64,000 nt of DNA from Dehalococcoidia bacterium (GCA_016930935.1 JAFGFT010000049.1:2184-66183), one strand, 5' to 3'; positions 1 to 9,459 are shown, counted from the stretch's first letter. The notes: generated by a model not told the origin, from the sequence alone. Numbers and translations: made by a program.

Positions 1-1
1 G

Positions 2-784
2 GGATACGACGGTGCGTTCAGCGACCACGTTAACCACTATGATGAGGTGGGTTCGGTGCTCCAGATGCGGTCTGCCGCCGAGCAATTGAGGGATGTGGAT
101 GTGCGTGGAAAGTCTGTTCTTGATATCGGCGGCGGTACCGGCGTTGCTTCCTTCCTCATGCTGCGACATGGCGCTTCGAAGGTTGTCTGTGGCGACATCT
201 CGGAGAAGATGCTCGTCCAGGCGCGGCTGAATGCCGAGCGTGAGGGCTATGGTCCGAACCTCATTGAGTTTTGTCGGCTTGATGCTGAAGTCCTTCCTTA
301 TGACGAGGGTAGTTTCGACGTTGTCTCCATGAGTATGACGATGGGCCTGCTCCCGAATCAGGAGAAGTCGGTGGCGGAGATGGCTCGTGTGGCGCGTCCC
401 GGTGGATTGGTCAGTATCGGAGCGCACGGACCAGACCACTACTGGGAACCGATAGACGCGACTGTGAGGGGGATGAGCAAGCGCTACATCTTCGGTTACC
501 GGCTGGAGTTCTGGCCTGAGAAAGAAAAGGAAGTGCGCGCACATATGGCGCGCGCCGGGCTAGTGGATATCATGACACGCCGCGTTACATGGAAGAACGA
601 TTTTGGAAGTGGCGGCAAGGCGTTCGATTTCTTTGCGGCCATCTCGGCGTCGTGGTGGTACGGCAAGCTTCCGCCAGAGAGAGTGCAGGAAGAGGCCGAC
701 CGCACCCGCGCGTATTTCGAGCGGGAAAACGTACGCATCGTTACGGACGACATCATCGTTGCCAGCGGTAGAAAGCCGGGATAG
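2..784 (+). CDS. class I SAM-dependent methyltransferase, 5' end probably outside the window
   Basis: The frame of ORF 47..784 stays open back to base 2 (GYDGAFSDHVNHYDEV...), so the GTG at 47 may be internal. SAM motif I VLDIGGGTG; FDVVSMSMTMGLL post-II region. Confidence 0.8.
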   Translation, partial: GYDGAFSDHVNHYDEVGSVLQMRSAAEQLRDVDVRGKSVLDIGGGTGVASFLMLRHGASKVVCGDISEKMLVQARLNAEREGYGPNLIEFCRLDAEVLPYDEGSFDVVSMSMTMGLLPNQEKSVAEMARVARPGGLVSIGAHGPDHYWEPIDATVRGMSKRYIFGYRLEFWPEKEKEVRAHMARAGLVDIMTRRVTWKNDFGSGGKAFDFFAAISASWWYGKLPPERVQEEADRTRAYFERENVRIVTDDIIVASGRKPG

Positions 785-911
785 CGCACTGGTCCAGAAA
801 TCACCCGTCGCGGAGAGGAGTGTCTATCCTGTCGGGTTGCTCAGCGGTAGGAATGGGTGCCGTGGACCTGTCCGGACGGGCGCACCCCGCGCCCATACAG
901 TCCCGTCACGC

Positions 912-1709
912 CTACGCGGGCTTGCGCCCTGCACAGATGAAGTAGCCCACATAATCCATCATGTCCGATGGCTTCATGAGAGACCTCTTCAGGGTGCCCC
1001 TCAATGCCGGCTTCGTCACGTAGGCATGCACCATCTTGTTTAGAGTGCCCAGGGTCTCCCTGAGGCCCATCGACTGCATGCCGGCACTCATCTCGTTCAA
1101 CATGCTGGTCTTTTCGGACGGGAACAACGTCAGGTTGTCCAGTCCCGCCCCTTCCATCAGTGCCCGTGCCTCTGATGCGAGAAGGAATTGCGCGCCGGCC
1201 ATGGTATCCTCCACGAACGCGAGTACGGCTGGAGAGGGTGGTCTGGATATCCACGTGGTCTCGTTGAGGCCGACATACCTGCCGGGCATTGTGACCCGCA
1301 CCATCTCGCGGAGAGCTGCCTCCCTGTCCGGGACGTAGGCGAGGACTGCCTCACATATGGTTGCGTCGAAGATGTTGGACTCAAGCGGCAGGTTCTGTAC
1401 GTTGGCAACCTTGAACTCCACGCGGTTCTGCAGCCCCATTTTGTATGCGCGGCGACGGGCCTCTTCCACAAGCTCCTCGTTGAGGTCCACTCCCATCACA
1501 CGGCAGTCGAAGTTCTTCGCGAGGTAGCAGGCGGTCCTGCCGATGCCGCAGCCGACATCGAGGACAAGGTGCCCCTTTGCCATATGGCATGCCTCAATGA
1601 GTTGCTGTGTCGAGCGAAGCTGCCCCGGGTGCATCATGGTGTAGCTCAGGACGGTGGCCGCCTTGCCGGTATATGGATTGCTGGATTCGGGATTGTTGTG
1701 TAATGCCAT
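912..1709 (-). CDS. class I SAM-dependent methyltransferase
   Basis: ATG at 1709. Motif I VLDVGCGIGR, acidic loop MGVDLN, ICEAVLAYV. Lies 28 nt downstream of the nitrilase-like gene on the same strand. Confidence 0.85.
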   Translation of the reverse strand: MALHNNPESSNPYTGKAATVLSYTMMHPGQLRSTQQLIEACHMAKGHLVLDVGCGIGRTACYLAKNFDCRVMGVDLNEELVEEARRRAYKMGLQNRVEFKVANVQNLPLESNIFDATICEAVLAYVPDREAALREMVRVTMPGRYVGLNETTWISRPPSPAVLAFVEDTMAGAQFLLASEARALMEGAGLDNLTLFPSEKTSMLNEMSAGMQSMGLRETLGTLNKMVHAYVTKPALRGTLKRSLMKPSDMMDYVGYFICAGRKPA

Positions 1710-1737
1710 GTGCTTCGTCAGTCCTTCGTATGGTTCT

Positions 1738-2589
1738 CTATGGAGACTTCTGCGTTGGCTGCGTGATGATTCCGTACAACTCAGGACGGCGGTCTGCCAT
1801 GCGGTCTATCTCCCACTCTCCTGCGGAGTGGGTGATGCGCTTGGTGCGGGCGTTCCCGGGGTCTATGTCGGCGTAGATGATTTCCTCACAATCGGTGGAT
1901 GCCTCGGCCATGGTGACTCCCATAGGGTCGACTATCTTGCTCCGGCCACAGAAAGGATAGCCCCGTTCCTCTCCCACGCGGTTGCAGCAGAGAACGTACA
2001 CCTTGTTCTCTATGGCGCGCGTGTTGATGATGAAGCCCGCGCGTTCAACCACGCCCATCGTGGCGAAGTTCGTCGGCAGCGTGATGATGTCGGCACCCAG
2101 CAGAGAATGAACGCGGGAACTCTCCGGGAAGAAGATGTCGTAGCATATCTGCAGCCCGATGTGGAGGTCTCCGGCATCACACAGTTGGAAGGGAAGGTCG
2201 CCTCTGTCCACATAGCGGTCGACCCCCTGGAACGGGATGTGGTTCTTGTGGTACTTGAAGGCGAATCCGTCAGGCCCGATGAGCACCGCGGTGTTGTAGA
2301 GGTTGGCTCCCTGCAGTTCTAGCATGCCGAATATGGCGTGGGTGCCGAGTTCGGCGCAGACAGAAGAGAGAGCGTCCGTAGCCGGTCCGGGCACGGATTG
2401 TGCCGCCTTGAGCGCTTCCTCTCTCGAACCGAACTGGTAGCCGGTGAGGGCACACTCGGGGAACACCACGAGGTCGGCTCCATTGGCGCCCGCGTCGGCA
2501 GTGCGGGCGAGTATCTTCGCCAGATTCGTGTCGACCCTGCCAAGCCTGCTGTCTATCTGAGCCGCCGCGATGCGTGTGGTCGTGGGCAT
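1738..2589 (-). CDS. carbon-nitrogen hydrolase (nitrilase superfamily)
   Basis: Start moved to ATG 2589 (MPTTTRIAAAQID) behind AGGAGAG. Glu-Lys-Cys triad contexts VVFPECALTGY, KYHKNHI, LQICYDIFFPE. Confidence 0.85.
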   Translation of the reverse strand: MPTTTRIAAAQIDSRLGRVDTNLAKILARTADAGANGADLVVFPECALTGYQFGSREEALKAAQSVPGPATDALSSVCAELGTHAIFGMLELQGANLYNTAVLIGPDGFAFKYHKNHIPFQGVDRYVDRGDLPFQLCDAGDLHIGLQICYDIFFPESSRVHSLLGADIITLPTNFATMGVVERAGFIINTRAIENKVYVLCCNRVGEERGYPFCGRSKIVDPMGVTMAEASTDCEEIIYADIDPGNARTKRITHSAGEWEIDRMADRRPELYGIITQPTQKSP

Positions 2590-2773
2590 GCGTCTCTCCT
2601 GTGAGGATGTGGTGTGTCTATGCTGGCACATCCGTGTGCATGGGGCAATGGGAGATTCCTGCAATGAGAGCGTCATGGTACAATCGCATGCGACCACTGT
2701 AGCGAGTCCTGCCGACAGGGTTCTCTGTTGGCTCAGGTCGAGCCTGGCGGACTTGGAAGGGAGGTGAGGAACG

Positions 2774-3268
2774 GTGACGATCTCTGAGTTGGGTACGGCA
2801 ATCTGTCGCTGGCTGCGTGGCATGTGTCCTGATGAGGATGGCGTGTCCCCGCCGCCGCCGACCCCACAGGACTACAAGATGTCCTGGCAGGCATTGAGAC
2901 TCCTGTTCGAGACTACGTTCCCCGGAGCACGTCTCTACATCTGGGACAACTGGTACTACTACCTGGACCATGAGGATTGGGGGCCGGTTCTGGAAGACGT
3001 ATTGCTCGGCATGCCCGACTACACATCGTCACGCTTCGACTGTGAGAACTTCGCAACCCTGTGCACGTGCCGGGTGTCTTCCAAGTACCTCATCAACACA
3101 ATGGGCATCGCAGTGGGCACGCACAACGGCCAGGCCCACGGCTTCAACGTGTTTGTGAGCCATGTGGATGGAGCACCGCAGTTGTTTCTTCTTGAGCCGC
3201 AGACCGGCATGGTGATGCCGCCGTCGGAGCCTGAAGGCTACGAGATTGACTATGCGATAGTCGGATAG
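2774..3268 (+). CDS. hypothetical protein, possible transglutaminase/papain-like Cys-His fold
   Basis: GTG 2774 preceded by GGGAGGTGAGG. FDCENFATL ... AHGFNVFV ... LLEPQT resembles the transglutaminase-core C / H / D(E) pattern by eye only. Confidence 0.5.
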   Translation: MTISELGTAICRWLRGMCPDEDGVSPPPPTPQDYKMSWQALRLLFETTFPGARLYIWDNWYYYLDHEDWGPVLEDVLLGMPDYTSSRFDCENFATLCTCRVSSKYLINTMGIAVGTHNGQAHGFNVFVSHVDGAPQLFLLEPQTGMVMPPSEPEGYEIDYAIVG

Positions 3269-3407
3269 TGCGTTCGTCCCGGGAGGCATATGGCTTTCCG
3301 TCTATCGGCTATGAGCAACGGGAGGGGGAAGACACCTTGAAGATGTATGTGATACGTTGGCCCGCAGCAATCAGCCGTCAGGCAGCATTATCTAGGAGGG
3401 CGAGCGT

Positions 3408-4661
3408 ATGAGCGACAGTAGAACGGAACACATCTTCGGCATGACTGCCGAGAAGGGGCGATGGATATTTATCGCCGCGGGATTCCTCATCAACATCTGC
3501 CTCGGCAGCGTGTACGCGTATAGCGTGTTCCGCAACCCGGTGCAGACTCTATTCGGGAGCAGCACCTTTGAAAGCGGGTTGCCCTTCATGGTCTTTCTGG
3601 CGAGCTTTGCCATCCTGATGTTCTTCGGTGGCCGTCTCATGGGTCCCCTCGGACCGAAGAAGGTCGGAATGATTGGCGGCATTCTGGTCGGCAGTGGATG
3701 GATTCTGTCCGGGATTCTGCCAGTAGCCGTACCCAGCATCTGGACGCTGGTGTTCACCTACGGGATTATCGGCGGTTCCGGCGTAGGCCTCGCTTATGGC
3801 GGGCCTATTGCGGTTGCCACCAGGTGGTTCCCTGACAGGAAAGGCCTTGCTGTCGGTCTCACAATCGCGGGATTCGGCGCATCGCCGTTTGTCACCGCCA
3901 ACCTGGCTCGACCTCTGATTGAGAGCAACGGGCCACTCAATACTTTCATGGTCATGGGAATAGTCTTCCTGGTCGTGGTGATTGCCCTCTCCACACTCAT
4001 GCGGTTCCCATCTGCAGACTGGAAGCCCGCGGGCTTCAGTGCCGCCAGGGCGTCAGGCGTTGCCGGACCCGAGATAGAGTCCGCGCGGATGGTCAAGACC
4101 TCCACATTCTGGGGACTGTTCCTTGTCTACACCATCGGCTGCCTCGCAGGCCTGATGGCCATCGGTATCTCGAGCCCGGTGGGCACCGAAATCATTCAGC
4201 TTGATAAGACGATGGCGGCGGCCATGGTTGGCGTGTTTGCGCTGTTCAACGGAGCAGGGCGGCCACTGTTCGGATGGCTTACCGACAGGCTCACGCCGAG
4301 ACTGGCTGCGACAGTGTCGATGGGCGTCATCCTTGTGGCATCGCTGGTCATGCTCAAGGCCGCCTCGGGCGCCGTTGCTCTCTACACCGTGTGTTTCTCA
4401 GCACTGTGGCTGTGTCTCGGTGGTTGGCTGGCAATCGGCCCCACCTCGACCACCACGTTCTTCGGGGCGAAGAACTATGCCCGGAACTACAGCTATGTGT
4501 TCTTCGGCTACGGCATCGCGGCCATACTGGCCAACATCATCTCGGGACAGTCAAAAGACTTGTTTGGCAGCTATGATGTGGCGTTCATGATTGTGGCCGG
4601 TCTTGCGGTGGTGGGTGCGGTTCTGTCACTCACGCTGCTCAAACCAGTGAAGAAGGCGTAG
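3408..4661 (+). CDS. MFS transporter, oxalate/formate antiporter (OFA)-like
   Basis: ATG behind TAGGAGGG. About 12 hydrophobic helices. N-terminal GRWIFIAAGFLINICLGSVYAYSVF is typical of the OFA family. Confidence 0.85.
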   Translation: MSDSRTEHIFGMTAEKGRWIFIAAGFLINICLGSVYAYSVFRNPVQTLFGSSTFESGLPFMVFLASFAILMFFGGRLMGPLGPKKVGMIGGILVGSGWILSGILPVAVPSIWTLVFTYGIIGGSGVGLAYGGPIAVATRWFPDRKGLAVGLTIAGFGASPFVTANLARPLIESNGPLNTFMVMGIVFLVVVIALSTLMRFPSADWKPAGFSAARASGVAGPEIESARMVKTSTFWGLFLVYTIGCLAGLMAIGISSPVGTEIIQLDKTMAAAMVGVFALFNGAGRPLFGWLTDRLTPRLAATVSMGVILVASLVMLKAASGAVALYTVCFSALWLCLGGWLAIGPTSTTTFFGAKNYARNYSYVFFGYGIAAILANIISGQSKDLFGSYDVAFMIVAGLAVVGAVLSLTLLKPVKKA

Positions 4662-4687
4662 GGACAACATATAGAGCGAATAGATGG

Positions 4688-4720
4688 ATGAAGTCCCCCG
4701 TGAGGGGGACTTCATCTTTG
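4688..4720 (+). terminator. intrinsic terminator of the MFS gene
   Basis: Perfect 12-bp stem ATGAAGTCCCCC / GGGGGACTTCAT with loop GTGA (4688-4715), followed by CTTTG. Confidence 0.7.
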
Positions 4721-4735
4721 TCAGGAGGCGCGGAT

Positions 4736-5128
4736 TTGCAGCAGCACGGTAGTTTCGCTAGCACTATCAACTGCATGGATGGCAGAGTGCAGTTGCCGGT
4801 CATCCAATGGATGATGAGGGAGTACGGGGTCAACTACATTGACTCTGTCACGGAGCCGGGCCCCATCAAGATACTGGACGAGAACGAGGATGCGGCCACG
4901 GTCGCATCAATCAAGCGAAGGCTCGACATCTCCGCAGGGCTGCACGGTTCGTGCGCCATCAGTATCGTGGCCCACTACGACTGCGGCGGCAATCCCGTGG
5001 ATAAGGATGCACAGATGGTCCAGCTCGCCTCTTCCATAGAGCGTGTCAGAGGCTGGGGCTATGGTCTGCCAATCGTCGGCCTGTGGGTTGACGAGGAGTG
5101 GGTTGTGCACGTGGTGGAGGGGGAGTAG
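4736..5128 (+). CDS. small beta-carbonic-anhydrase-like zinc-motif protein (about 130 aa)
   Basis: In-frame TTG 4736 lies 8 nt after AGGAGG (4722-4727), whereas the track ATG 4688 sits inside the terminator stem. Motifs C-M-D-G-R and H-Y-D-C-G-G match the beta-CA Zn ligand pattern CxDxR ... HxxC. Confidence 0.6.
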   Translation: MQQHGSFASTINCMDGRVQLPVIQWMMREYGVNYIDSVTEPGPIKILDENEDAATVASIKRRLDISAGLHGSCAISIVAHYDCGGNPVDKDAQMVQLASSIERVRGWGYGLPIVGLWVDEEWVVHVVEGE

Positions 5129-5184
5129 TTGAGTGAACGTGCCTGTGCAACCAGTTCTGCCTGGGTGTAGGGATTTGAAACCCA

Positions 5185-5220
5185 TGGACGAAGTGGACAC
5201 AGTGGACGACATAGACGAAG
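5185..5220. repeat. four degenerate tandem 9-nt units
   Basis: TGGACGAAG TGGACACAG TGGACGACA TAGACGAAG, in the intergenic space upstream of the four-helix-bundle gene. Confidence 0.6.
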
Positions 5221-5323
5221 AGAAGCAATGACCATTGTACTGACCTCTTGACACTGCACGCGGGCCAAGTTCACCATGCGTGGATAGGAACGAGGCACGC
5301 TGGGACAGAAAACAGAACACTGC

Positions 5324-5971
5324 ATGTCAGACAAAGAGCCATTGATTCCCAGGCACGGCGGCTACCGCAACCTGAAGAGTTTCCAGATAGCGCAGCTTGC
5401 CTATGACGTGACCGTGCTGTTCTGTGACAGCCACATCGATACGCGCAGCCGGACTCACGACCAGATGGTACAGGCTGCGCGCAGTGGAGTGCAGAACATC
5501 GCGGAAGGCAGTCAGGCCAGTGGCACGTCGAAGAAGGTGGAGATGAAGCTGACCAGCGTGGCGAGGGCAAGCCTCGAAGAACTGCGCCTGGACTATGAGG
5601 ACTTTCTGCGGCATCGGCGACTGCCCTGTTGGAACTGGAAGGACCCGCGCCGTGCAGGGTTGATAGCGATGCGCCCGGACTGCGCGGATGACGTTGTGAG
5701 GTGGGTGAACACTGTCCAGGAACAGGACAAGGGACACGCGTCCGGCGGACATGCCTCCGAATCGGAAACGACGTCCATTCCGTCCACATCGTCCATTTCT
5801 CTCGGAGCGTGTGGTGATGCCGAGGTCATGGCTAACGGAGTCCTGGCTCTCATCACTGTGGCGGCTTCTCTGCTTGACCGGCAGCTTGCCGCCCAGGCTG
5901 TGGCCTTTGAGCGGGAGGGCGGGTTCACAGAGCGACTGTACGGAAGACGCCGTGCCGAGAGGAACGGCTGA
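5324..5971 (+). CDS. four-helix-bundle protein (23S rRNA intervening-sequence protein / S23p family) with C-terminal extension
   Basis: SFQIAQLAYDV..., AARSGVQNIAEGS, ARASLEEL match the family signature by eye. A Ser/Thr/Gly-rich linker is followed by a further helical region. Confidence 0.7.
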   Translation: MSDKEPLIPRHGGYRNLKSFQIAQLAYDVTVLFCDSHIDTRSRTHDQMVQAARSGVQNIAEGSQASGTSKKVEMKLTSVARASLEELRLDYEDFLRHRRLPCWNWKDPRRAGLIAMRPDCADDVVRWVNTVQEQDKGHASGGHASESETTSIPSTSSISLGACGDAEVMANGVLALITVAASLLDRQLAAQAVAFEREGGFTERLYGRRRAERNG

Positions 5972-5984
5972 CCTGCCACTTGCG

Positions 5985-6872
5985 CTACCGCACCACCGCC
6001 GTCACGATGCAGTGGGAGCCGTTGACGCGGTGGAGGACGGTGCCGTCTGTAGCGGTGAAGTACATCCGTTCCATATCCGCAGCGGTGTAGTGCGAGCACA
6101 TCTCGAAGCCGTGCTCTAACAACAGTTGTCCGACCGCGCCTTCCTCAATGCCGAACGTCCAGGACTCTCCGGCTTTCGCAACTGTCCCTGCAGCCTGTCT
6201 GTCTCCGTGTAGTTGGCCCCCTCCGCGAAGCACTGACGCCAGTACGTAGTCGAAGACCAGCATGCTTGCCTTCGCGGCGCTGTTGCTGATGAAGTCCAGT
6301 GTGCCCAGGACGGCGTCCTCCGTTAGATACATTGCAACGCCCTCCCACAGGAACAGCGTCTTCACTCCATCGTTGTAGCCGGCGGCACGCAGTGTCCGGC
6401 CGATGTCCTGGGTATCGAAGTCTATCGGCACGAAAACGAGATTATCCGGCAGGGAGGCGTGCTTGCGCTGATAGATGCCGAGTTTGGCCTCCTGCGTGGT
6501 GGCGATATCCAGTTCGAATACCCTTGCACCCCGGCTACGCTCGGCGAAGCGCAGTGCGCGCGTGTCAAAGCCGGCACCGGGCAGGACGACCTGGGAGAAG
6601 CCGCCCTCCAGTGCTTCCACGAAGGCAGAATCGAAGATGCGCGTACGGGCGAGTACGTATTCTGGAATCCCGGGTGGTGCGAGGTGCTTGAGAAAGAGCT
6701 TCCTGAGCGGGGGAACTCCGATGAGTACGCGCGCCGCCATCGGCAGGAAGACCTGTGACACGTCGTCAGGACAGTGAAGGACGGGGTCTTGTTGACGGTT
6801 CAATGCAGCGCGGCTGACGCAGGTGTAGGCTGCGGTGCGTGACGACCTCTTCTCTATGGGGCGTGCTGTCAT
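5985..6872 (-). CDS. class I SAM-dependent methyltransferase (leucine carboxyl / O-methyltransferase-like family)
   Basis: Start moved to ATG 6872 (MTARPIEKRSSRTAAY). Motifs VVLPGAGFDTRALRF and WEGVAMYL. Confidence 0.85.
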   Translation of the reverse strand: MTARPIEKRSSRTAAYTCVSRAALNRQQDPVLHCPDDVSQVFLPMAARVLIGVPPLRKLFLKHLAPPGIPEYVLARTRIFDSAFVEALEGGFSQVVLPGAGFDTRALRFAERSRGARVFELDIATTQEAKLGIYQRKHASLPDNLVFVPIDFDTQDIGRTLRAAGYNDGVKTLFLWEGVAMYLTEDAVLGTLDFISNSAAKASMLVFDYVLASVLRGGGQLHGDRQAAGTVAKAGESWTFGIEEGAVGQLLLEHGFEMCSHYTAADMERMYFTATDGTVLHRVNGSHCIVTAVVR

Positions 6873-7047
6873 GTGTGAAAAGGATGGACCGTTGAAGATG
6901 GAGTGGTCAAGAGGGAGACAGACTCGTGATGGTGGGTGTGCTGACGTGGAAGGACGAAGCCACAACGCGCGTCCTACGTATTGAGCACGAAGGCCAGTTG
7001 TGGCATGATATTGCGATTGCGCCCCTGGCGACACGATGGAGGAATGA

Positions 7048-7974
7048 ATGATTACGGTCTCGAAACGACTCAGCGTGGGGCTCAGCCTTGCGGTACTTCT
7101 TTCTCTGATTGCAGCAGTAGTCCCTGCTGCTGCAAGGAGTTATCCCGTTGTTGACTTCACCGCTGAACCCACGTCGGGATACGCACCGTTGGTGGTTCAG
7201 TTCGATGATGTGTCGAGCCAACCCGAGCCGGCAAGCTTCTTCAGCATCGATTCCTTCGTGGGATTGCTGAATACCACAGAAGAATGCTATTTGGACCAGA
7301 CCTGGGATTTCGGCGATGGTACCACTGCTTCGAACACGACGCCTATGGAGTATCACTTTGACCAGTTCGATGTGGCGCACACGTATACGGAGCCTGGTAC
7401 GTACACAGTCAGCCTGACGTATGAAGGGGTGTGCCCCAGTCTTGACAGCTTTGTGTCTGTGCCATGGTGGAATCCCAACGCCAGTCAGGACCAGACCAAC
7501 GATCAAACAATGACCAAGGAACTCTACATAAGGGTGCTTGAGCCGAAGAAGGAATATGAGAAACGGCTCGAGCCTGCGAAGATGTCGGTTGCCTATCTGA
7601 ACATCGACCCGATGCAGGTATTGCCCAACCAGGAGGTTATAGTCTCCGCGAATGTCTGCAATCAGGGTGAGGAAGATGGGACAAAGACTGCGACCCTCAT
7701 GGTGAATGGCAATGCCGAGCAGAGCCAGTCCGTTGGCGTATCCGGAGGTGCCTGCAAGCAGGTTGTCTTCAGGACCTTTCAACCCATCCCCGGCACGTAC
7801 CAGGTGTCCATCGATGGCATGACGGGGCAGTTCAGTGTCCTTGCCCCCAGAACCGTGACCAACAACGTGCCATCGCAGCAGGCAACAGGACTTGGGACTG
7901 CAGGTATCCTTGCGATTGTGGTAGTGGGCATCGTCCTTATCATCGCTTTGGTGGTGATTCTCAAGAAGGAATAG
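7048..7974 (+). CDS. cell-surface protein: signal peptide, PKD-like domain, CARDB-like domain, C-terminal TM anchor
   Basis: GGAGG 5 nt upstream. N-terminal hydrophobic segment, WDFGDGT PKD motif, NQEVIVSANVCNQGEEDG, terminal GILAIVVVGIVLIIALVVIL-KKE. Confidence 0.8.
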   Translation: MITVSKRLSVGLSLAVLLSLIAAVVPAAARSYPVVDFTAEPTSGYAPLVVQFDDVSSQPEPASFFSIDSFVGLLNTTEECYLDQTWDFGDGTTASNTTPMEYHFDQFDVAHTYTEPGTYTVSLTYEGVCPSLDSFVSVPWWNPNASQDQTNDQTMTKELYIRVLEPKKEYEKRLEPAKMSVAYLNIDPMQVLPNQEVIVSANVCNQGEEDGTKTATLMVNGNAEQSQSVGVSGGACKQVVFRTFQPIPGTYQVSIDGMTGQFSVLAPRTVTNNVPSQQATGLGTAGILAIVVVGIVLIIALVVILKKE

Positions 7975-8003
7975 CAGTCTTCTGCTGGTAGAAGAAAACA
8001 CAC

Positions 8004-8040
8004 AGGGGGTGGCCTTGGGGCCTCCCCCCTGTTCTTTGTT
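8004..8040 (+). terminator. intrinsic terminator
   Basis: AGGGGG-T-GGCC TTGG GGCC-T-CCCCC stem followed by TGTTCTTTGTT. Confidence 0.7.
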
Positions 8041-8235
8041 GTGGCAAGGGTGGAGTGTTGATGTTCCGTGGGACAGAGACATGCGCAACGTGTTGCGAAG
8101 ATTCTGACACTACTCTGGATACGGGTGTGGCTCTGCCGTTACGCGTTGGTGGTGTGAGGATACGGTCATGGGCGAGGCATGCCATCGTCCCTGCGAAGAC
8201 CACCCCGTATCGTCCTCTGCGGGCAGGGTTAGACC

Positions 8236-9459
8236 CTACTTCAACACGGCTGCTATGGGGAGCGGCTGTGGGTTGTAGGCGCGACTACCATATTTCTCGG
8301 TATGCTCCCTGAGGATGTCTCTCATCACCGCAGGATTTCCCTTCATGGCGTCAGTCTTTTCGGGGTCCACTCCCTGGGTGAAGGGGCAGGAGGAGATGCA
8401 GATGGCGCAATCCGTGCTCGTCTTTGTCCACATGCGCATGCATTTGACCTCATTGTGCTCCCAGACAAGGCTGCCATTGACGAGTTGCGGTTCCGTAGAG
8501 GAAAGGGCCCTTACGGGGCAGTTCGCTGCACACTTGCCGCACAGCATGCAGAACTGCTTCAAGCCGAAATCGACCGGTTGGTCTGCCACGAGCGGCAGGT
8601 TCGTCATCACCGCCCCGAGCCTGACACGGTTGCCGTACTCCTTCGTCACGATGACGTTGCATCTGCCTATCTGTCCTATCCCTGCCCGCTCAGCGAGCAG
8701 CACAAGCGGCGCATCGTATGACACCATGCAACTCAGCGACGTGTCATAGCCGATTGACTTGATGTAACCGGACAGCCTCGCACCAATCTGTGCCGCCTGC
8801 ACGTAGCCATTGCACGTCGCGAGAAGGGTCTCCCTGTGTGGTGCCCGGTTTATCATCTCTGTCGGCATCTCTACCGCGAAGACGATGGCGTACTTGAATC
8901 CATGGTGAATGGGCTCTCCGGTGTTGCGGTGTGTGTAGTAATGGCAGTCCTGCAGTTCGACTATGCCTGCCAGCGAGGCGCCATAGAAGCTGGCGACCTC
9001 CTTCACAAGACTGGTCATCCTTTCTGGCGGAACGTTCACCTTCTTCGTGGCAGGTTTCTTACGCCTGTCCGCCTCGAAGCACGCGGCGACGGCGGGCGAC
9101 GAATCGTCGATGAGAGCCAGTATCCTCTCCTCGTCAGGAAGGTGGTCCGGGATGTGCGATACCTGCTCCTTCATCTTGCTTGTGACTGAATGGCGAAGGG
9201 GAGGGCAGATGTGCATCAGTGCCTCAACGAACCTGTTGGGCCAGCGTGGCATCAGTTCCTGAATCTGGCTGCCGTTGAATCCTCCTGCAGTGGCGAGTCG
9301 CATCAGTCCGCCGCATTCCCGCAGGTCATTGTCCGCCTCGCGGCGCTCAGGATACCGTCGGTAATACTCCCGGTACGCGGGACTACCCTTGATGAGCCGG
9401 ACGCGGGTGAACATCGAATCTCGTTCGTCGAAGTACTTCGTCGTGTGGTCCTGTTCCAA
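8236..9459 (-). CDS. reductive dehalogenase (RdhA) family protein without TAT signal
   Basis: Two ferredoxin-type clusters CMLCGKCAANCP and CAICISSCPFTQG, FYGASLAGIV, NRVRLGAVMTNLPL; architecture like PceA-type RdhA. Start uncertain: TTG 9459 has AGGAG 9 nt upstream; alternatives are ATG 9414 and TTG 9642. No RRxFLK motif with any start. Confidence 0.8.
   Translation of the reverse strand: MEQDHTTKYFDERDSMFTRVRLIKGSPAYREYYRRYPERREADNDLRECGGLMRLATAGGFNGSQIQELMPRWPNRFVEALMHICPPLRHSVTSKMKEQVSHIPDHLPDEERILALIDDSSPAVAACFEADRRKKPATKKVNVPPERMTSLVKEVASFYGASLAGIVELQDCHYYTHRNTGEPIHHGFKYAIVFAVEMPTEMINRAPHRETLLATCNGYVQAAQIGARLSGYIKSIGYDTSLSCMVSYDAPLVLLAERAGIGQIGRCNVIVTKEYGNRVRLGAVMTNLPLVADQPVDFGLKQFCMLCGKCAANCPVRALSSTEPQLVNGSLVWEHNEVKCMRMWTKTSTDCAICISSCPFTQGVDPEKTDAMKGNPAVMRDILREHTEKYGSRAYNPQPLPIAAVLK

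Noticed and set aside
4688-4735. ATG 4688 as start of the CA-like gene
   Set aside because: It forms the 5' arm of the MFS terminator hairpin and has no SD. TTG 4736 does have an AGGAGG box.
6907-8088. 393-aa minus-strand ORF
   Set aside because: Antisense to the PKD/CARDB surface protein gene (7048..7974). No SD and no motif; His/Arg-rich composition.
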